Of a stretch of 39,417 bases of DNA, positions 35,510-39,417 are shown piece by piece. The notes below the pieces were generated by a model. It ran no database searches. It was given only the letters and a program-made list of their open reading frames with translations, and had not been told where the DNA came from. A program made the position numbers and the translations under genes. Location of the stretch: IMG/VR virus record IMGVR_UViG_2671181055_000004. One strand, written 5' to 3'. This DNA is from a virus. Taxonomy: Duplodnaviria; Heunggongvirae; Uroviricota; Caudoviricetes. Each line of letters starts with the position of its first letter. The stretch's first letter is position 1.

Positions 35510-37597
35510 TCAGGCCAGCGGATCACTTTCTTTTAATTTCGCTTCGAGCAGTTGCAATCCCCGCTGGAAATTACGCTCGTATTCTTCATCAGGTTCATCG
35601 TCAGCGACCGGTTGCTGAACGGTCACCGTATTACCCACAGGGCGGTATATGTTTTCCAGCCAGGGCTCCTGCGGCTTGTGCTCCAGCACGTTGACAACCT
35701 CATCCTCGGCATCACGGATTTTTTCCTCTGCGCGTTTACGCATGCCTTTAAGGCGCTGCTGCTGTTTGTAGTATTCCGCGCTGACAGGGAAGGCTTCGCG
35801 TTTATTGCCGTCCCATACCGCCTCGCAAATCACGCTGCCATCCGGGCGGCGCACGGTAATTCGTTCGGCATCATGAATGTCATAGCTGATAAGTACCTTA
35901 CGGCCATGCTCGTCACGCAGCTCGGGCGCGTAGTAAATATTATTCAGCCAGCGTATTTCACAGCGTCTTACAGGGCGCTCCACCATCGGCCGGAACATAT
36001 CCCGCAGTTCAACATCGGACAGCCATTCAATTTCCGTGTCCTCTTCCGCCAGGCGTTTTTTTCTGAACTCCGCCGGGCTGTAATGTTTACCGTTCGGCTT
36101 CATGGGTAATTCATCGTGCGGCCGGTTGTTGTACCACTCAACACCGTCACGAATGGCATCAATCAGTTCAGACCAGGACGGTAAATCACGCATCGCTGAC
36201 TGCTGCCGGGCGTTCAGCCGTTTGCCCTGTTGCAGGGCACTGAATGCCGAGCGTAAATCGCGGTTGGTTTTACGTAACGTCTCGCGATCTGCTCCTTTCC
36301 CGAAATAGGTGCGGTATTTACGGGCTATGCGCATCGGTAATGTGCGGTTAAGCCGTTCGATAATGCCCCGTCCCTGCGGATTACCGGCAATCCCTGTCGG
36401 GTGATTAATCCCCAGTCGTGGCAGTATCCCCACAATCTCCTTATCCAGGACGTCGGCGGTTTCCCCGGAGCCATTATCCGAGTAATACAGAAACGGTTTG
36501 CCATGATGGCGAATACCGTGCTGTATGGCACCGGCTACGGCGAAAACATTTTCAGCCAGGTCAAGGCTCCAGCCCACCACAAAGCGCGTGCCACCGTCGA
36601 TAACAAAGGTCACTTCCGGTGCGAATGGCCGCCCGTGAACCGGGTGCGCGCATTTCAGCTTCATGCCGTGACCGTCACCAATCCAGACATAATTCACCGG
36701 CATTCTGGACCAGTCGCGGCGCGTGAATCCCTCAAGCTGACGGTATTCACTGCCAGTTACCCGGCCTTTTTGTTTCACCACTTCCGGCAGTTTCTTCATT
36801 GCGCGGCGAATGGTGTCATAAGAGGGCATGATATCGAGCATATAAGGCTCATCAGCGTGCCGGTGCTGCCATTCAGCAACAAAATCCTCGTAAGCCTCGG
36901 TCATTGGTCGGCCGTTTGACTGGCGATACTGCGCCAGAAATTCGGGCAGCCAGTTAATATCTTCGGCTTTTATTTCCTGGCGTTTACCCGGTGCCAGTAA
37001 AAGCAGGCGTTCAGCGGCGTTCTGTGCCTTGTTAAAGGCCGCAATCCAGCGTTTCAGCGTGATTTCACTCAACGCGCGGCTGTTTCCCTTTTTGGCGTTC
37101 GCCGTCTCAACCATTGCCACAATGCGCTCGTCCAGTTGTGATCGTGCCAGGCTGTTAACGAGGAACCGGATAGCTTTAGCGCAGCTGAAACCGGGTTGTT
37201 GCGTGAATTTCAGCACCTCACTGACGATCGCAATGCGTGCGTCTGCCACCTGGCGCTGGTTTTCAGTCAGGGCATTGAGGCGTTCGACCATCAGTTGTGG
37301 TGATCCGCGATATGCCTCCACCGCATCAACCACGGCAGACGAGCGTCTGGCCTTTGTCACCACCGGAGCCGGTGATTCATCGGCTTTTTGCGTCATCAGT
37401 TGCAGGGCATAACGTTCGCGTAATGCCTGCTGTGTCACTTCAGGTAAACAGTCAATGCTGTATTCAAAACCTTTAGCGCCTTTCTTGCGGCGTCTGCTGG
37501 TTTCGCTGGTTGCATACTTCCTGATTGAATAGCGAACGCCTTGCTCCGTTCCCGGCATCCCCGGTAATCCAACCAGTTCTTTAACTGAAGCAAACAT
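35510..37597 (-). CDS. A: DDE transposase A (Mu A-like)
   Basis: 695 aa between ner and B; size and position as in Mu. Confidence 0.85.
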   Translation of the reverse strand: MFASVKELVGLPGMPGTEQGVRYSIRKYATSETSRRRKKGAKGFEYSIDCLPEVTQQALRERYALQLMTQKADESPAPVVTKARRSSAVVDAVEAYRGSPQLMVERLNALTENQRQVADARIAIVSEVLKFTQQPGFSCAKAIRFLVNSLARSQLDERIVAMVETANAKKGNSRALSEITLKRWIAAFNKAQNAAERLLLLAPGKRQEIKAEDINWLPEFLAQYRQSNGRPMTEAYEDFVAEWQHRHADEPYMLDIMPSYDTIRRAMKKLPEVVKQKGRVTGSEYRQLEGFTRRDWSRMPVNYVWIGDGHGMKLKCAHPVHGRPFAPEVTFVIDGGTRFVVGWSLDLAENVFAVAGAIQHGIRHHGKPFLYYSDNGSGETADVLDKEIVGILPRLGINHPTGIAGNPQGRGIIERLNRTLPMRIARKYRTYFGKGADRETLRKTNRDLRSAFSALQQGKRLNARQQSAMRDLPSWSELIDAIRDGVEWYNNRPHDELPMKPNGKHYSPAEFRKKRLAEEDTEIEWLSDVELRDMFRPMVERPVRRCEIRWLNNIYYAPELRDEHGRKVLISYDIHDAERITVRRPDGSVICEAVWDGNKREAFPVSAEYYKQQQRLKGMRKRAEEKIRDAEDEVVNVLEHKPQEPWLENIYRPVGNTVTVQQPVADDEPDEEYERNFQRGLQLLEAKLKESDPLA

Positions 37598-37599
37598 AA

Positions 37600-37830
37600 T
37601 TACGCGACCTTACGAATGTAGCGGCTGGGCCAAATCTCCTCGGGCGGCACCCCCAGGCATTCCGCGATAATCCCCTCATACTTGGGAACATGGCGGTATA
37701 CCGCGTTGTACAGATTGTTCTGACCCACGCCAGCTTTACGGGCCAGCGCCCTCATGCTTCCTTCTCTGGCTCTGACTTCCCCCAAAATTCTTTGAGGATG
37801 CCAATCAGGCTTAACTTCATTTCTCGCCAT
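37600..37830 (-). CDS. ner: Ner-like DNA-binding regulator
   Basis: 76 aa; ...DWHPQRILGEVRAREGSMRALARKAGVGQNNLYNAVYRHVPKYEGIIAECLGVPPEEIWPSRY parallels Mu Ner. Confidence 0.85.
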   Translation of the reverse strand: MARNEVKPDWHPQRILGEVRAREGSMRALARKAGVGQNNLYNAVYRHVPKYEGIIAECLGVPPEEIWPSRYIRKVA

Positions 37831-37859
37831 GATTCATCTATCCTAAAAAGTTACGAAAT

Positions 37860-37883
37860 TTGATAACTAAACTTAGTTATCAA
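37860..37883. promoter_or_regulatory. Operator-like perfect palindrome in the divergent c/ner control region
   Basis: TTGATAACTAA-AC-TTAGTTATCAA (11-bp arms) followed by a further TTGATA half-site; a second inverted repeat TTGATCCAC/GTGGATCAA with GATC sites lies at 37897-37959. Confidence 0.5.
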
Positions 37884-38015
37884 GTTTGATATAAGTATTG
37901 ATCCACTTCTGCTTCATGTAAAGCAAAAAAAACATCTTTCTTTTGTCTATTGTGGATCAATGGTTGCTGACAACACTAAAAGTTAATAATTTCAAATTGA
38001 TAGGAAGAAAAGAAA

Positions 38016-38561
38016 ATGAACAAGCAAACAACAACATCTCTTTCTTTTCCTGGTGGTAGAAAAGAAAGCATTGCTGAGCGTCTGAAAAGGCTGATTGGCT
38101 CCCGCAGCGTCAGAGCTGCAGCAAGAGATTGGGGGCTTTCATTTTCAACACTAAACAATTATCTGTCTCGTGGCACTGAGCCATCCTTAAGTGTCGCCCT
38201 TCAGATTGCGTCTATCGAAGGAGTAAGTGTTGAGTGGCTATGTGGATTCAGTGATGCATCACAAGTGAATCGGTGTGAGATCAAGGAAAATCAAGATGAA
38301 AGCAAGAAGATAATTATGACGATTATCAGCGCACTTGATGAAAAAGACTTAGAGCAGCTATCGAAAAATTTGGTTCTGAATGGAGCCAAGTACTTAGCTC
38401 GGTTGTTAGAGCCTGAAAATCAAGATCTAATCCGCTTAGAAGGAAGGAAAAGAATAGCTGCATTACAGCTTGAAGGTATGTCTGACGAACGCGTCAGAGA
38501 GATTTTGGAAGAAACTGAGAGAAGTCGCAAATCTAACGCGGTAGAACCAAAAGCGGGTTAA
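38016..38561 (+). CDS. c: Prophage repressor (Mu c-like), transcribed toward the left end
   Basis: 181 aa, divergent from ner; N-terminal DNA-binding region, helical C-terminal part; position as in Mu. Confidence 0.7.
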   Translation: MNKQTTTSLSFPGGRKESIAERLKRLIGSRSVRAAARDWGLSFSTLNNYLSRGTEPSLSVALQIASIEGVSVEWLCGFSDASQVNRCEIKENQDESKKIIMTIISALDEKDLEQLSKNLVLNGAKYLARLLEPENQDLIRLEGRKRIAALQLEGMSDERVREILEETERSRKSNAVEPKAG

Positions 38562-38580
38562 TAGCATTAGCCCGCATTTT
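38553..38580 (+). terminator. Hairpin plus T-run at the end of the repressor gene (weak terminator candidate)
   Basis: GCGGG-(13 nt)-CCCGC followed by ATTTT; the stem spans the stop codon. Confidence 0.3.
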
Positions 38581-38633
38581 GCACTATATCGAGTATTTCG
38601 CATTGTTTGGAACGCCTTAAAAGACTAAAACCA

Positions 38634-38807
38634 CAGTATCAAATGAGTTGCCGATTTTATAATAAATGACTAATTATTGCACAATCGGTATCAAATAGAC
38701 CTTATCCGCACATCTAGCCATCACCTGTTTTATTTCAGTATCTTACAGGTGATTTCACCTCCTTTCACTAAACCCCTTGTCGGTATCAAATGATTCACCT
38801 GGTTATA
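38634..38807. repeat. Left-end terminal transposase-binding repeats (three GGTATCAAA-type sites), a 9-bp-stem inverted repeat, and the phage terminus
   Basis: CAGTATCAAATGAG (38634-38647), CGGTATCAAATAG (38685-38697), CGGTATCAAATGATTCA (38781-38797); inverted repeat ATCACCTGT/ACAGGTGAT at 38721-38753; terminus at 38807. Confidence 0.65.
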
Positions 38808-39118
38808 TGTCGCCAGTCGATACCTTCCAGCAGCATCGCCAGCTGCGCCTGTGTAAGGAACACTTTGCCATCACGGGCTGACGGCCAGGCGAAGCGCCCA
38901 CGCTCCAGCCGTTTGGTCAGGAGGCACAGTCCGTCACTGGTGGACCACAGCAGTTTAACCTGACTGCCGCTGCGGCCCCGGAAAATGAAAACATGGCCGG
39001 ACATGGGATCGTCTTTCAGCGCCGTCTGTACTTTCGCAGCCAGGCCGTTGAAGCCATTTCTCATATCGGTGATACCGGCAACCAGCCAAATTTTGATCCC
39101 GGAAGGTAACGGGATCAT
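38795..39118 (-). CDS. tnpB: IS66-family TnpB (orf2), 3' end disrupted: last four codons and stop come from phage DNA
   Basis: MIPLPSGIKIWLVAGITDMRNGFNGLAAKVQTALKDDPMSGHVFIFRGRSGSQVKLLWSTSDGLCLLTKRLERGRF... is a typical IS66 TnpB sequence (recall). Confidence 0.8.
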   Translation of the reverse strand: MIPLPSGIKIWLVAGITDMRNGFNGLAAKVQTALKDDPMSGHVFIFRGRSGSQVKLLWSTSDGLCLLTKRLERGRFAWPSARDGKVFLTQAQLAMLLEGIDWRHITR

Positions 39119-39417
39119 CGCTTCAGTTCCTGTATCAGCAGAGTCAGGAGCTTTTCGCTGACATTGCCATTGAAGCGGAGCGTCCCGTGCCGGAACGTTA
39201 CCTCACAGCTGATACTGAGGGTTTTCGGGTCCTCTGCGAGCGATTCTGGCTGTTCGGCAGCTGCATCGAGAGTCACAGGAAGTAGCTGGGGGCTCTCTGA
39301 AGAAGGTAATAGCTGAGGTGTACTGGCAATAGCGGACACTACCATTTGTTCTTTTTTTAAGCAGCCATCTGATGATATTTTTCCCTGAAGGCTGCCGGGG
39401 AGATATTCCCCAGACGA
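38808..39417 (-). mobile_element. IS66-family element (tnpA-tnpB), interrupted in tnpB by the prophage
   Basis: tnpA/tnpB pair with overlapping stop/start (ATGA); tnpB is cut at ...GIDWR and its 3' end is found beyond the other phage end at 6464-6504. Confidence 0.65.
39115..39345 (-). CDS. tnpA: IS66-family accessory protein TnpA (orf1), possibly N-terminally longer
   Basis: 76-aa ORF translationally coupled to tnpB; assigned by synteny rather than by a recognised motif. Confidence 0.5.
   Translation of the reverse strand: MVVSAIASTPQLLPSSESPQLLPVTLDAAAEQPESLAEDPKTLSISCEVTFRHGTLRFNGNVSEKLLTLLIQELKR

Larger units (their letters stand above)
6799..38807 (-). mobile_element. Mu-like transposable prophage, main segment (left end, early region, lysis, head and tail genes)
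   Basis: Collinear with Mu: c, ner, A, B, gam, gemA, Mor/C, lys, terminase, portal, F, G, I, T, sheath, tube, tape measure, N, P, baseplate, tail fiber; left terminus at 38807. Confidence 0.9.

Noticed and set aside
38808-38811. Expected 5-bp Mu-type target-site duplication
   Set aside because: Only GACA (4 bp) is shared by the two junctions; a 5-bp duplication requires one mismatch. Left unresolved rather than asserted.

Overview
The window is a scaffold of two contigs joined by a 250-N gap (6549-6798). Together they describe one Mu-like transposable prophage of roughly 38 kb, inserted into the tnpB gene of an IS66-family element in what looks like an enterobacterial host. Contig B (6799-39417) runs on the minus strand from the left phage end at 38807 through repressor c, ner, transposase A and B, a semi-essential early region with gam, GemA and a Mor/C activator, lysis genes, terminase, portal, head and tail genes, to the 5' part of the tail-fiber gene, which is cut by the gap. 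Contig A (1-6548) carries the rest on the plus strand: an invertible tail-fiber segment with 70-bp inverted repeats, a Gin-like invertase, a cargo island with a NanS-p-like esterase candidate, com/mom, the right phage end at 6463 and the 3' remnant of IS66 tnpB. Contig A is therefore inverted relative to contig B, most likely a scaffolding artefact. No CRISPR array, tRNA or rRNA gene was found. I cannot point to a single clearly novel system; the best candidates for undescribed accessory functions are (i) a low-GC small-gene island in the early region (29889-30866), (ii) tandem paralogous small proteins between B and gam (33154-34498), (iii) the cargo island between gin and com (2055-5187), and (iv) an 82-aa paralog of the small-terminase C-terminus (25920-26168). 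Family assignments rest on my reading of the translated ORFs and on recall of phage Mu; no database search was run, and GC statements are by eye.
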